A DNA stretch of 32,000 nt from Pseudoalteromonas translucida KMM 520 (GCF_001465295.1 NZ_CP011034.1:1680001-1712000), one strand, 5' to 3'; shown: positions 1 to 9,301, numbered from the stretch's first letter. Numbers and translations are program-made. Notes: a model not told the origin generated them from the sequence alone.

Positions 1-1
1 A

Positions 2-778
2 GCAAACCTTAAACGTGTACAAGCGTGTGTGGGTGCTAAAAACCACATGGTTATTATGCCAGATGCCAGCAAATCGCATGTTGTAAATAACTTAGTTGGC
101 GCGTCGGTTGGTGCAGCTGGCCAGCGTTGTATGGGTATTTCGGTTGCGGTATTTGTTGGCCAAGCAAAAGACTGGGTTGATGAAATTAAAGCAGGTTTTG
201 AAGGTGTACGCCCAGGCGTATGGGATGATGCAGGTGCAGCGTATGGCCCGCAAACGTCACCAGCTGCCAAAGCACGTATTTTATCGCTTATTGCCGGTGG
301 TAAAGAGCAAGGTGCTAAATGTTTAATTGACGGCTCAAACTTTACGGTTGAAGGCTACGAGCAAGGTAACTGGGTAGGCCCAACATTGTTTACCGATGTT
401 ACTAAAGACATGGACTTATATAAAGAAGAAATTTTTGGTCCAGTACTGGCGTGTATGTTTGTAGATACATTAGATGAAGCCATTGCCCTAATAAACGACA
501 GCCCATATGGTAACGGCACATCGCTGTTTACCTCAAGCGGCGCAGTTGCACGTAAGTTCCAACACGAAATTGAAGTAGGCCAAGTAGGTATTAACGTGCC
601 AATTCCGGTGCCACTGCCGTTCTTTTCGTTTACTGGTTGGAAAGGCTCGTTTTATGGCGACACTCACACTTATGGTAAGCAAGGTATTCGTTTTTATACC
701 GAAACTAAAACCATTACTTCACGTTGGTTTGAAGACGACATAGCGTCGGGTCCAAATATGAGCATTAACTTAAAGTAA
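2..778 (+). CDS. mmsA: methylmalonate-semialdehyde dehydrogenase (CoA-acylating), C-terminal ~258 aa; 5' end outside window
   Basis: Frame 2 is open from the window edge to TAA 776-778. Aldehyde-dehydrogenase catalytic Cys context GQRCMG and C-terminal [11 protein letters not shown] motif. Heads a valine-catabolism gene set. Confidence 0.85.
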   Translation, partial: ANLKRVQACVGAKNHMVIMPDASKSHVVNNLVGASVGAAGQRCMGISVAVFVGQAKDWVDEIKAGFEGVRPGVWDDAGAAYGPQTSPAAKARILSLIAGGKEQGAKCLIDGSNFTVEGYEQGNWVGPTLFTDVTKDMDLYKEEIFGPVLACMFVDTLDEAIALINDSPYGNGTSLFTSSGAVARKFQHEIEVGQVGINVPIPVPLPFFSFTGWKGSFYGDTHTYGKQGIRFYTETKTITSRWFEDDIASGPNMSINLK

Positions 779-904
779 TTACTCATAATAAATAGTTTAA
801 AAAAGCATAATTAATAATAAAGAAGGGCACGAAGGTAACTCCTATTACCTTCGTTGCTCTTCACTAATCACCTAGACAACACATAACTAATTGAAGAGGT
901 CTAT

Positions 905-2062
905 ATGGACTTTAATTTATCAGATGATCAGCAAGCATTTGCTCAAACAGCACGTCAGTTTGCTGACTCAGAACTCGCACCTTACGCCGCTAAGTGGGAC
1001 CGCGAACATATTTTTCCTAAAGACACGATTAAAGCTGCAGGCGAACTTGGTTTTTGCGGCCTTTACACGCCAGAAGAAGCCGGTGGACTTGGCTTATCGC
1101 GCTTAGACTCAAGCATTATATTTGAACAACTTGCTATGGGCTGTACAGCAACTACCGCCATGTTAACCATACATAATATGGCCACTTGGATGGTAGCAAG
1201 CTTTGGTACTGACGCCGCTAAAGACAAATACTGCGAACAACTGGTTACAGGCGACTTACTGGCATCGTATTGTTTAACCGAGCCAGGCTCTGGCTCAGAC
1301 GCCGCATCGCTAAAAACCAAAGCAGTACGCGATGGCGACGAATACGTAATTAACGGCTCAAAAATGTTTATTTCGGGCGCGGGCGAAACCGAAGTATTAG
1401 TGGTGATGGCGCGCACCGGATGCGATGGCCCTAAAGGTATTTCGGCCTTTATAGTACCAGCCGACGCTAAAGGCGTTGAATACGGTAAAGCCGAAGAAAA
1501 AATGGGCTGGAACGCACAACCTACACGCTTAATTAGTTTTGAAGATGTGCGTATTCCGGCGCATAACTTATTAGGTGCAGAAGGCGAAGGTTTTAAATTT
1601 GCTATGCAAGGGCTTGATGGCGGGCGCATTAATATTGCAACTTGTTCAATTGGCACGGCGCAAGCGGCGCTTAATACGGCCCGCGAATATTTAAAAGAAC
1701 GTACTCAGTTTGGTAAACCACTAGCCGCGTTTCAAGCACTGCAGTTTAAAATTGCCGATATGAATACCGAGCTTGTAGCCGCGCGCCAAATGGTAAGGTT
1801 GGCTGCATTTAAGCTTGATAATAACGACAGCGAAAAAACCACGTATTGCGCCATGGCAAAACGTTTTGCAACCGATGTAGGCTTTACAGTATGTAACGAC
1901 GCCCTGCAAATTCATGGTGGCTATGGTTATATTAAAGAATACCCATTAGAGCGCCATGTACGTGATGTACGTGTACACCAAATTTTAGAAGGCACTAACG
2001 AAATAATGCGCGTTATTATAGCGCGTCGTATTTTAGCAGAGTCAGCCAGCGAAGTTTTATAA
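905..2062 (+). CDS. acyl-CoA dehydrogenase (isobutyryl-CoA dehydrogenase-like)
   Basis: 385-aa ORF with ACAD hallmarks (YCLTEPGSGSDA, QIHGGYGY, catalytic E in ILEGTNEI). RBS-like gaagagg upstream. Operon context. Confidence 0.85.
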   Translation: MDFNLSDDQQAFAQTARQFADSELAPYAAKWDREHIFPKDTIKAAGELGFCGLYTPEEAGGLGLSRLDSSIIFEQLAMGCTATTAMLTIHNMATWMVASFGTDAAKDKYCEQLVTGDLLASYCLTEPGSGSDAASLKTKAVRDGDEYVINGSKMFISGAGETEVLVVMARTGCDGPKGISAFIVPADAKGVEYGKAEEKMGWNAQPTRLISFEDVRIPAHNLLGAEGEGFKFAMQGLDGGRINIATCSIGTAQAALNTAREYLKERTQFGKPLAAFQALQFKIADMNTELVAARQMVRLAAFKLDNNDSEKTTYCAMAKRFATDVGFTVCNDALQIHGGYGYIKEYPLERHVRDVRVHQILEGTNEIMRVIIARRILAESASEVL

Positions 2063-2072
2063 GGAGTTATTT

Positions 2073-2870
2073 ATGTCAGAGTCAAATACTAAGTCTAAAC
2101 CTAGCATTGAATTAACGACCGAAGGTCATGTAGCCATATTAACTATGTCAAACCCGCCAGCAAATACCTGGACCAAAGACACATTAATTGCCTTAAAAAA
2201 CACCGTTAATAAGTTAAACAAAAATAAAAATATTTATGCATTAGTGCTTACTGGCGAAGGTGAAAAGTTTTTTAGTGCAGGTGCCGACTTAAACTTATTT
2301 GCCGGTGGCGATAAAGGCGTAGCCGCCGAAATGTCGCGCGTATTTGGCGAAGCATTTGAAGCACTTAGTAACTTTAGAGGCGTGTCGGTTGCGGCTATTA
2401 ATGGCTATGCCATGGGTGGTGGTTTAGAAGTAGCACTCGCGTGTGATATTCGTATTGCCGAAGAGCAAGCACAAATGGCGCTTCCTGAAGCTAAAGTAGG
2501 TTTACTACCGTGCGCTGGTGGTACACAAAACCTAGCATGGCTAGTAGGCGAAGGCTGGGCAAAACGCATGATTTTATGTGGCGAGCGCTTAAAAGCCGAC
2601 AAAGCACTGCAAATTGGCTTAGTTGAAGAAGTTGTTCCACAAGGCGAAAGCTTTGCTGCAGCGCTTAAACTAGCTAACCAAGTGGCCGATCAAAGTCCGT
2701 CATCGGTTACAGCATGTAAAACATTGATTCAAAAAGGGCGTCATCAGCCTATGGCGAGCATTTTACCGCTAGAACGTGAATTGTTTGTGGCCTTATTTGA
2801 CACCGAAGATCAGCAAGAAGGCGTAAGTGCCTTTTTAGAAAAGCGTCGTGCAAATTGGGTGAACGGCTAA
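2073..2870 (+). CDS. enoyl-CoA hydratase (crotonase family)
   Basis: 265 aa with crotonase signatures (FSAGADL, INGYAMGGGLEVALACDIR). AGGAG RBS 8 nt upstream. 10-nt gap from the previous gene. Confidence 0.85.
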   Translation: MSESNTKSKPSIELTTEGHVAILTMSNPPANTWTKDTLIALKNTVNKLNKNKNIYALVLTGEGEKFFSAGADLNLFAGGDKGVAAEMSRVFGEAFEALSNFRGVSVAAINGYAMGGGLEVALACDIRIAEEQAQMALPEAKVGLLPCAGGTQNLAWLVGEGWAKRMILCGERLKADKALQIGLVEEVVPQGESFAAALKLANQVADQSPSSVTACKTLIQKGRHQPMASILPLERELFVALFDTEDQQEGVSAFLEKRRANWVNG

Positions 2871-4012
2871 TGAGCGGTTTAACATTATTAAATCATGCAG
2901 ATGACGCAGTCGTATTCGAAACGGCAACCGCGTCAAACGGTGCTTTAATAGCGTTTGCCACGCTTAATGCACCAAAGTCGTTAAACGCGCTTAATTTTGA
3001 AATGATCAAACTATTAGAGCCGCAACTAAAAGCATGGGCGCAAGATAGCAGTATTGCCATGGTGGTATTAAAAGGCGCAGGCGACAAAGCTTTTTGTGCT
3101 GGCGGCGATGTTGTAAGTTTGCACCACGCTATGGCGCAAGGCAGCGCAAGCGACTTAGTAGAAGATTTTTTTACGCAAGAGTATCGCCTTGACTATTTAA
3201 TTCACTGTTACGAAAAACCATTATTAGTGTGGGGTAACGGTATTGTAATGGGCGGCGGTTTAGGCTTAATGGCTGGTGCAAGCCACCGCGTAGTTACCGA
3301 AACATCGCGTATAGCAATGCCTGAGCAAACTATTGGCTTATACCCAGATGTTGGCGGCAGTTATTTTTTACATAAAATGCCTCACAGTGTTGGGTTGTTT
3401 TTAGGGCTTACGTCAGCGTCTATAAACTGCGACGATGCCCGTTTTGTTGCCCTTGCCGATCACTATGTAAAAGCAGATAAATACGATGCTCTTTTAGCGG
3501 GTTTACTCAGCATTAAGTGGGGTAAAACGGCCAGTTTAAATCACGAAAAACTTACTACGCTGTTAACCGATTTAGATCAGCAATCAGGGCGTTTACCTAA
3601 AGGTAATATCAAAGCTAATTTGGCAACCATTCAAGAACTTGCTGAGTTTACTACGCTACAGCAACAGGTTGACTATATTTTAAACTTAAACACAGACGAC
3701 AAATGGCTACTAAAAGCGCAAAAGTCGCTTAAGCATGGTTGTCCGCTAAGTTGTGCATTAGTAAGCCGCCAATTAAAAACCAGCAAAGGCAAAAGCCTTG
3801 CTGAGTGTTTTAGAATGGAGCTAGGTATGTCGGTACGTGCCGGCGAAGTGGGCGAGTTTCAAGAAGGTGTGCGTGCATTGTTAATCGACAAAGACGGTGC
3901 GCCAAACTGGCAATATAAAACACTCAGCGATGTGCCAAGCACAGTGGTAGATAGCTTTTTTGAAGATCGCTATGGCAACAACCACCCACTTAAACAATTA
4001 CAACAAGGCTAA
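2870..4012 (+). CDS. 3-hydroxyisobutyryl-CoA hydrolase (ECH_2 family)
   Basis: Start chosen at ATG 2870, overlapping the upstream stop (TAATG); the track ORF starts at 2855. FCAGGDV and GIVMGGGLGL crotonase-like motifs plus a long C-terminal extension typical of HIBCH. Confidence 0.8.
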   Translation: MSGLTLLNHADDAVVFETATASNGALIAFATLNAPKSLNALNFEMIKLLEPQLKAWAQDSSIAMVVLKGAGDKAFCAGGDVVSLHHAMAQGSASDLVEDFFTQEYRLDYLIHCYEKPLLVWGNGIVMGGGLGLMAGASHRVVTETSRIAMPEQTIGLYPDVGGSYFLHKMPHSVGLFLGLTSASINCDDARFVALADHYVKADKYDALLAGLLSIKWGKTASLNHEKLTTLLTDLDQQSGRLPKGNIKANLATIQELAEFTTLQQQVDYILNLNTDDKWLLKAQKSLKHGCPLSCALVSRQLKTSKGKSLAECFRMELGMSVRAGEVGEFQEGVRALLIDKDGAPNWQYKTLSDVPSTVVDSFFEDRYGNNHPLKQLQQG

Positions 4013-4016
4013 AGCT

Positions 4017-4907
4017 ATGAGCAAACTCAATATAGGATTTATTGGTTTAGGCAATATGGGTGGGCCCATGGCGGCAAACCTTATTAAAGCAGGGCACACA
4101 GTAAGTGTGTTCGACTTAAACCAAAATGCAGTTAACGAGCTAAAAAGCAAAGGTGCAAACGCAGCCGCAGATGCCACGCAATGTGCCAACAACGTAGACA
4201 TACTTATTAGTATGTTACCTGCCGGTAAGCATGTTAAAGCGCTTTATTTAGGCGAAGACGGACTAATTAACAGCTTAAACAAAACCACTTTAGTTATTGA
4301 TTGCTCAACCATAGATGCCGAATCGGCGCGTGTGGTTGGTAAAGAGTTAGCCCAACAAGGTATTAGCTTTGTAGATGCTCCGGTATCGGGTGGCGTTGCA
4401 GGCGCAACCGCCGGCACACTTACCTTTATTGTAGGTGGTGATAAAGCCGCGTTCGACAAAGCCAATACTGTGCTGGTTGATATGGGCAAAAATATTTTTC
4501 ATGCTGGCGATATTGGCGCAGGGCAAGTAGCAAAAATATGTAATAACATGCTATTGAGCATTTTAATGGCAGGCACCAGCGAAGCACTACAAATGGGTAT
4601 AAATAATGGCCTAGATCCTAAAGTGCTTAGCGACATAATGACCGCAAGCTCAGGACGTAACTGGACGTTAGAATTATATAACCCGTGTCCGGGTGTAATG
4701 GAATCGGCTCCTGCAAGTAACGAATATAAACCAGGCTTTATGGTCGATCTAATGGCGAAAGATCTAGGCTTGGCAATGGAAGCGGCAAAGCAAAGTAAAT
4801 CAGCCACGCCAATGGGTTCAATGGCTAACGACTTATACGCTACATTGCAGCACCAAGGTGCAGGCACTGAAGATTTTAGTGCCATATTTAAATTATTTTC
4901 GAAGTAG
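4017..4907 (+). CDS. mmsB: 3-hydroxyisobutyrate dehydrogenase
   Basis: Start at ATG 4017 gives N-terminal Rossmann motif IGFIGLGNMGGPMA; the track ORF 3960 overlaps the upstream gene. Beta-hydroxyacid dehydrogenase motifs DAPVSGG and GAGQVAKICNN. Confidence 0.85.
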   Translation: MSKLNIGFIGLGNMGGPMAANLIKAGHTVSVFDLNQNAVNELKSKGANAAADATQCANNVDILISMLPAGKHVKALYLGEDGLINSLNKTTLVIDCSTIDAESARVVGKELAQQGISFVDAPVSGGVAGATAGTLTFIVGGDKAAFDKANTVLVDMGKNIFHAGDIGAGQVAKICNNMLLSILMAGTSEALQMGINNGLDPKVLSDIMTASSGRNWTLELYNPCPGVMESAPASNEYKPGFMVDLMAKDLGLAMEAAKQSKSATPMGSMANDLYATLQHQGAGTEDFSAIFKLFSK

Positions 4908-4916
4908 AGGTAACGC

Positions 4917-5687
4917 GTGGAAATTAAAAATAACACGGTAGTAATAACCGGTGGCGCACAAGGCTTAGGTTTTGCTATGGCGCAAAAGTTTGCAAAAATG
5001 GGCGCAAACATTGCCCTAATCGATATGGCGCAAGATGCACTTAACACAGCAACCGAGCAATTAAGTCAACTTGAAGGCGTGACTACGCGTATTCAAGGCT
5101 ACGCCGCCAACGTTACCAACGAGAGCGAAATGGAAGCGGTATTTAACACCATTAATAGCGACTTTGGCCATATTGGTGTATTGATCAACAACGCCGGTAT
5201 TTTACGCGATGGCATGTTTATTAAAGCTAAAGACGGCAAAGTAGTTAAAAAAATGTCGCTTGAGCAATTTCAATCAGTAATAGACGTAAATCTTACTGGC
5301 GTGTTTTTGGCAGGCCGCGAAGCCGCCAGCCATATGATTGAGTCGGGCAAAGGCGGCGTTATTATAAATATGTCGAGCGTAGCGCGCGCCGGAAACATAG
5401 GGCAAACAAACTACGCAGCCTCTAAAGCAGGCGTTGTAGCGCTTACTACTACATGGGCTAAAGAGCTTGGCCGTTTTGGTATTCGCGTAGGCGCAATTGC
5501 ACCAGGTGTTATAAGCACCGCAATGACCGACGTAATGAAACCAGAAGCTAAAGAGCGCATGCTTAGCGTAACCCCAGTAGGGCGTTTAGGTGAAACTGCA
5601 GAAATAGCCCATACCGCACAATATATTATCGAAAACGACTTTTTTACCGGTCGCGTAGTAGAAATAGACGGCGGCATTCGTTTGTAA
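4917..5687 (+). CDS. short-chain dehydrogenase/reductase (3-oxoacyl-ACP reductase-like)
   Basis: GTG start preceded by AGAGG. TGGAQGLG cofactor motif, NNAG, and YAASK catalytic Y-x3-K. Confidence 0.8.
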   Translation: MEIKNNTVVITGGAQGLGFAMAQKFAKMGANIALIDMAQDALNTATEQLSQLEGVTTRIQGYAANVTNESEMEAVFNTINSDFGHIGVLINNAGILRDGMFIKAKDGKVVKKMSLEQFQSVIDVNLTGVFLAGREAASHMIESGKGGVIINMSSVARAGNIGQTNYAASKAGVVALTTTWAKELGRFGIRVGAIAPGVISTAMTDVMKPEAKERMLSVTPVGRLGETAEIAHTAQYIIENDFFTGRVVEIDGGIRL

Positions 5688-5710
5688 CATACTCAGATTT
5701 AAGATTAATT

Positions 5711-5746
5711 AAAAAAGCATAACTCTTGTGGGTTGTGCTTTTTTGT
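5711..5746 (+). terminator. rho-independent terminator of the valine operon (member of a GCATAAC-stem hairpin family)
   Basis: aaaagcataac / gttgtgctttt stem followed by a T-run, directly after the SDR stop. Confidence 0.6.
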
Positions 5747-5761
5747 TTTAAATAGAGAAGC

Positions 5762-6724
5762 TTATAATCTTGAAAAAGGGCTAATAACACCATTAGCACC
5801 TTGTTGTAAAACATGGGTATATATTTGTGTAGTACGAACGTCACTGTGCCCAAGTTGTGTTTGTACTGTGCGTATATCAGCGCCGCTTTGCAGTAAGTGC
5901 GTAGCGAATGAGTGGCGCAAAGTATGTGGTGTAACGTGTTTATTAATGTGTGCATCAAAAGCCGCTTTTTTAACAGCACGCTGTAATTGCTTTTCATCAA
6001 TATGATGGCGCCTTAGTTGTTTACTCTCAGGATCAATACTGAGTTTATAAGATGGAAATACATATTGCCAACCCAGCTGTTTGTTATGATTTGGATATTT
6101 TTTACGTAATAAATGCGGCATATACACGCCACAAAACAGCGGGTTATTTAGGTCCAATTGTAAATAATTATCGACTAATTGAATTTGTGTTCGTATTTGT
6201 GGTATCAGCTCCTCTGCAAGCGTTACAACACGATTTTTGCCCCCTTTACCATCCCAAATTCGAACACAGTTATAATCAAAGTCAATATCTTGTATCCGCA
6301 AACGTAGTACCTCCATTAACCGCATACCGCTACCATAAAGTAGTGCACACGCTAAATAATGCTTTGTAATACAGTGTTTAAATAACGCTGAAACTTCTGT
6401 TTGTGTAAGCACAACGGGTAATTTTCTAGACCGTTCACTTTTTACAAAATCTAATGATAATGAGAGAGGACTTTTAATTATTTCTTTATATAGAAAACTT
6501 AGCGCATTCAATGCCTGGGATTGTGTGCCTTGCGCTACATTTTGCGAGTTTACTAAATGATTTAGATATAACTCCACTTGAGTATCCCCCATAGAGCTTG
6601 GGTGTTGCATATTATTAAAGCGGATATAGGCAGCTATCCAAAACAGATAAGCTTCAATAGTGCTCTTTGCATAACGCTTGCTATACATATGATCTTTAAT
6701 CATGGTTAGGAAGATAGACTTCAT
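5762..6724 (-). CDS. intI: integron integrase (tyrosine recombinase, IntI family)
   Basis: 320 aa. Tyrosine-recombinase boxes ([27 protein letters not shown]). The IntI-specific insertion ([35 protein letters not shown]) closely resembles VchIntIA/IntI1. Divergent from an attC-bearing array. Confidence 0.92.
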   Translation of the reverse strand: MKSIFLTMIKDHMYSKRYAKSTIEAYLFWIAAYIRFNNMQHPSSMGDTQVELYLNHLVNSQNVAQGTQSQALNALSFLYKEIIKSPLSLSLDFVKSERSRKLPVVLTQTEVSALFKHCITKHYLACALLYGSGMRLMEVLRLRIQDIDFDYNCVRIWDGKGGKNRVVTLAEELIPQIRTQIQLVDNYLQLDLNNPLFCGVYMPHLLRKKYPNHNKQLGWQYVFPSYKLSIDPESKQLRRHHIDEKQLQRAVKKAAFDAHINKHVTPHTLRHSFATHLLQSGADIRTVQTQLGHSDVRTTQIYTHVLQQGANGVISPFSRL

Positions 6725-6753
6725 AAATGATATTCAATTATTTAAATCAGATA

Positions 6754-6769
6754 CTGTATATATAGACAG
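6754..6769. promoter_or_regulatory. LexA (SOS) box in the intI promoter region
   Basis: CTGTATATATAGACAG matches CTGT-N8-ACAG perfectly, about 30 bp upstream of the intI start codon. Confidence 0.75.
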
Positions 6770-6954
6770 CTGTTTGTATTTTGTCTAATAACATTATTAA
6801 AAGTCGTTTTGGGGCATTTTAACAAAGGCAATTTTATAACACACGTAATTACCTGTTTACATTAGAGTTGTTTGGTGGAACTATTAAGCTATGTAATATA
6901 CGCCGTTTTGGGGGGTTATAACCCCCCAAAGTGGTGTTCAATAAGCTGTTATAA
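6770..6954 (+). other. attI region; candidate crossover core GTTATAA at 6948-6954
   Basis: Lies between intI and the first cassette ORF. GTTATAA at 6948-6954 is the exact complement of the R'' box TTATAAC (7660-7666) of the first cassette's attC. Contains the 24-bp palindrome 6907-6930. Confidence 0.45.
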
Positions 6955-6966
6955 GTTTTGGAAAGT

Positions 6967-7665
6967 ATGAGTATATCAGCAGAGAAACGACATAGAGTTT
7001 TAATTAAATTTATGGATGAAGAATATGTAGAAAGCTTCATTAATGAAGGCCTGATATTTATGAATAATATCCAGTTCTTTCGAGAGTATGAAGATTCAGA
7101 TCCCGCATTACGTGGCGATGCGAAAGAAGGCCTTCGCGCAAGTTACTTGCCTGAAAATATTACATTAGAACTAAACGGTAGAACCTTGACTGCTCTTGTT
7201 GGTAAAGTTGAACTTCGAGAATCTCATCAAAATGAAACTAACATTTACAGCATGACCATTGTAAGTGATGCTGACATATTAGATGCAGGTGAAAAAGGTT
7301 TATATTTATCTGAAGATTTCAATAAATTTGGAAACAAAGCTGTTTTTATTGGTGGTAGCGATATCAATATTTTTTGGAACAGAGTCACTGAGGCGATAAA
7401 TAATAACGAAGATTTATTTACGTTAGAAGAAAACGTCGCGAAAAAGGTGACTTATGTAGATGCTAGTGAACATCATAGCGAATTAAATGTTTTCACTAAG
7501 TTTTCCGAGTACAAATGGCAACATGAATGGCGAGTTGCACTCAAACAAATTTCGTCGAGTGGTCCCTTAGAGTTAAGAGTCGGCAACCTATCAGACATTG
7601 CTCATATCACTGGTACTAAATCTTTAATACAGCAACCTTTAAAACTCGTGCAAAACAACTTATAA
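6967..7665 (+). CDS. hypothetical protein, integron cassette 1 (possibly DUF2971-like)
   Basis: 232 aa from ATG 6967 (alternative TTG at 6958). Stop TAA lies inside the attC R'' box. N-terminal K-F-x-x-x-x-F-I-x-x-G-x-I-F and C-terminal Y-K-W-Q-H-E-W-R pattern recalls DUF2971, from memory only. Confidence 0.7.
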   Translation: MSISAEKRHRVLIKFMDEEYVESFINEGLIFMNNIQFFREYEDSDPALRGDAKEGLRASYLPENITLELNGRTLTALVGKVELRESHQNETNIYSMTIVSDADILDAGEKGLYLSEDFNKFGNKAVFIGGSDINIFWNRVTEAINNNEDLFTLEENVAKKVTYVDASEHHSELNVFTKFSEYKWQHEWRVALKQISSSGPLELRVGNLSDIAHITGTKSLIQQPLKLVQNNL

Positions 7666-7685
7666 CAACACGCCCTGAGGTGGAC
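7660..7685 (+). other. attC of cassette 1, 5' arm (R''-L''), interrupted by an IS
   Basis: TTATAACAACACGCCCTGAGGTGGAC resembles the Vibrio VCR start TAACAAACGCCTCAAGAGGGAC. The same arm recurs at 12737, 13290 and 15717. Confidence 0.7.
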
Positions 7686-9215
7686 AGCAAGCACTAAAGT
7701 TCACTTTCCACCGCAAATTTTAACAGCGGTGATCCCTTACTTTTCAATGCGATTAAGTAAGTTGATTCATCGTAGGGCGTATGTGTTTTCCAGCACCTAA
7801 ATAGTATTCTTATCCACTTAAATGCTAATGATCTGATGATGGTATTATGGGGTTTTCCTTTGGCCTCTTGCTGCCGATAATATGCTTTTGCCCAAAATGA
7901 ATAACGCACAGATAATCCTGCCCATTCAACAAATGTTTGCCTTAAAAATTTAGTGCACGAATATCGCCAGTGTATCCATTCCTTCTTGCCACTGCGCTCG
8001 GTAACAGGGGCAATGCCTGCGTATTTTTGTATGTCAGCAGCGCACTTATAACGGTCACGATTTGACCCCATAGCGGCTAATAACCGAGGCGCTAATTGTG
8101 GTCCTGCACCTGGTAAACTATCAAAAATAGCGCGATCTGAATGTTGCTTATAAAGCGTTTTAATTTCGTTATCAAATCGGGTTATTGCCTGCATTAGATG
8201 TTTGAGTTGAGGAACGAGGCATTCAATAAGCAATAAGTTTGGCGTGATCACGGCCATATCATCGGTGAGAATTTCAGCATCCTTTATTTCTTTTATCCGC
8301 TTTTCATTAACGAGTGGGTAGCGGGAGTTATGTTGATTAAAGAAGTCGAGTAGTGTTTGCTTTCTCGCTTTTTTAGCGTGAGTAAGAGATGGCCAACGCA
8401 GTAAAAAGTCACAGAATATTTGAGTGTCCTTTTCTTTAAACCAATCAATCACGTGGGGGTAATAATTTTTTAGCGTTGTGGCTATTTTATTGGTTAAATT
8501 AACACGATCTTGTACTAATTTACGTCTGTATTCGACAAGCTGTGCAAGGCACCTAACTTCTTCTGTGTCAGGTCTAATAACCGTTAATTTATCCATGTGA
8601 AGTTGTAGAATTTCAACTTGAATAATCGCATCAGTAGGATCATCTTTAGCCCCGCTGTGCGAAAATGCTGCACGGTATTTGGCGACACTTGATGGGTTAA
8701 TCACAAATAATATAATGTGCTTAAATTTACTGAGTGCATATATAAGTGGACCTTTTTTTAGCTCACACGCGACAGCAACGGGTCTGCCGTTGTAGCGTTG
8801 TTTTAACTCAAGCGCCCATGCATTAATTGACTTAGGTTCAGAGGAAATCACACTTAAATGTTGTGTGTTTGTGTCGCGGTTTATTTCACAAATATCATGT
8901 TTACGGTCGGCCCAATCGATCCCGATAAGGGCAGCAAAACCTGAGACGTTAAAGGCTTCCATTTTGGGCCTCCTAGAGGTAAAGTGAAAGAATAAATAGA
9001 GGCTAATAGTGTTTCTCGCAAGTCTTATAGATAGTCGGCATTACGACAATCCCTGAGTATGCGTATTGAAACAAATTACTCCTGTTGATCCGAAAGTCTT
9101 GTTACAAACATTGATTGTTTCCGCTCAAATATTCGTGATCAACAGAAGCATATTCCATGTATTAATGAGATAGGTAAATACATTAATTAATGGAACGGAG
9201 TAACTATAAGTTGCT
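7686..9215 (-). mobile_element. intact IS110-family insertion sequence (variant A) inserted in attC
   Basis: Right boundary defined by comparing four attC/IS junctions. The left boundary (about 9215-9220) is tentative, from imperfect terminal inverted repeats AGCAAGCACTAAAGTTCAC (7686-7704) and GTAACTATAAGTTGCT (9200-9215). About 250 bp non-coding lies upstream of the transposase. Confidence 0.8.
7694..8962 (-). CDS. IS110-family transposase (DEDD RuvC-like N-domain plus C-terminal Ser recombinase-type domain)
   Basis: 422 aa. N-terminal IGIDWADRKHD, central AKDDPTDA, and C-terminal LPGAGPQLAPRLLA...YAGIAPVTERSGKK motif typical of Transposase_20/IS116-IS110-IS902. Confidence 0.92.
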   Translation of the reverse strand: MEAFNVSGFAALIGIDWADRKHDICEINRDTNTQHLSVISSEPKSINAWALELKQRYNGRPVAVACELKKGPLIYALSKFKHIILFVINPSSVAKYRAAFSHSGAKDDPTDAIIQVEILQLHMDKLTVIRPDTEEVRCLAQLVEYRRKLVQDRVNLTNKIATTLKNYYPHVIDWFKEKDTQIFCDFLLRWPSLTHAKKARKQTLLDFFNQHNSRYPLVNEKRIKEIKDAEILTDDMAVITPNLLLIECLVPQLKHLMQAITRFDNEIKTLYKQHSDRAIFDSLPGAGPQLAPRLLAAMGSNRDRYKCAADIQKYAGIAPVTERSGKKEWIHWRYSCTKFLRQTFVEWAGLSVRYSFWAKAYYRQQEAKGKPHNTIIRSLAFKWIRILFRCWKTHTPYDESTYLIALKSKGSPLLKFAVESEL

Positions 9216-9301
9216 CAAGCAGGACAAAATACAGTTGGTTTTTTGCTCGTGCCTCACTTATTTTAACCAACTATATTTTGCCTCTTAGCAAGGCGTTAGC
9301 T
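9216..9301 (+). other. attC of cassette 1, remaining loop and 3' arm (L'-R'), core GTTAGCT 9295-9301
   Basis: ...ACCAACTATATTTTGCCTCTTAGCAAGGCGTTAGCT. GGCG/CGCC and CCTC/GAGG segments pair with the 5' arm with bulged bases. The same 3' arm is seen at 14004-14035 and 22012-22041. Confidence 0.55.

Noticed and set aside
1063-1656. Long antisense ORFs inside well-supported genes: 1063-1656(-), 4499-5047(-), 4244-4489(-), 22966-23328(-), 24205-24501(-), 17799-18056(-), 18863-19135(-), 28364-28591(+) and similar
   Set aside because: Each lies entirely within a gene with clear family motifs on the other strand. Their products are low-complexity with no recognisable motifs or RBS, as expected for shadow ORFs.
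5644-6369. ORFs 5644-6000(-), 5733-6005(+) and 6052-6369(+) around or inside intI
   Set aside because: They overlap the integrase gene, whose identity is unambiguous. Their products have no motifs and odd composition.
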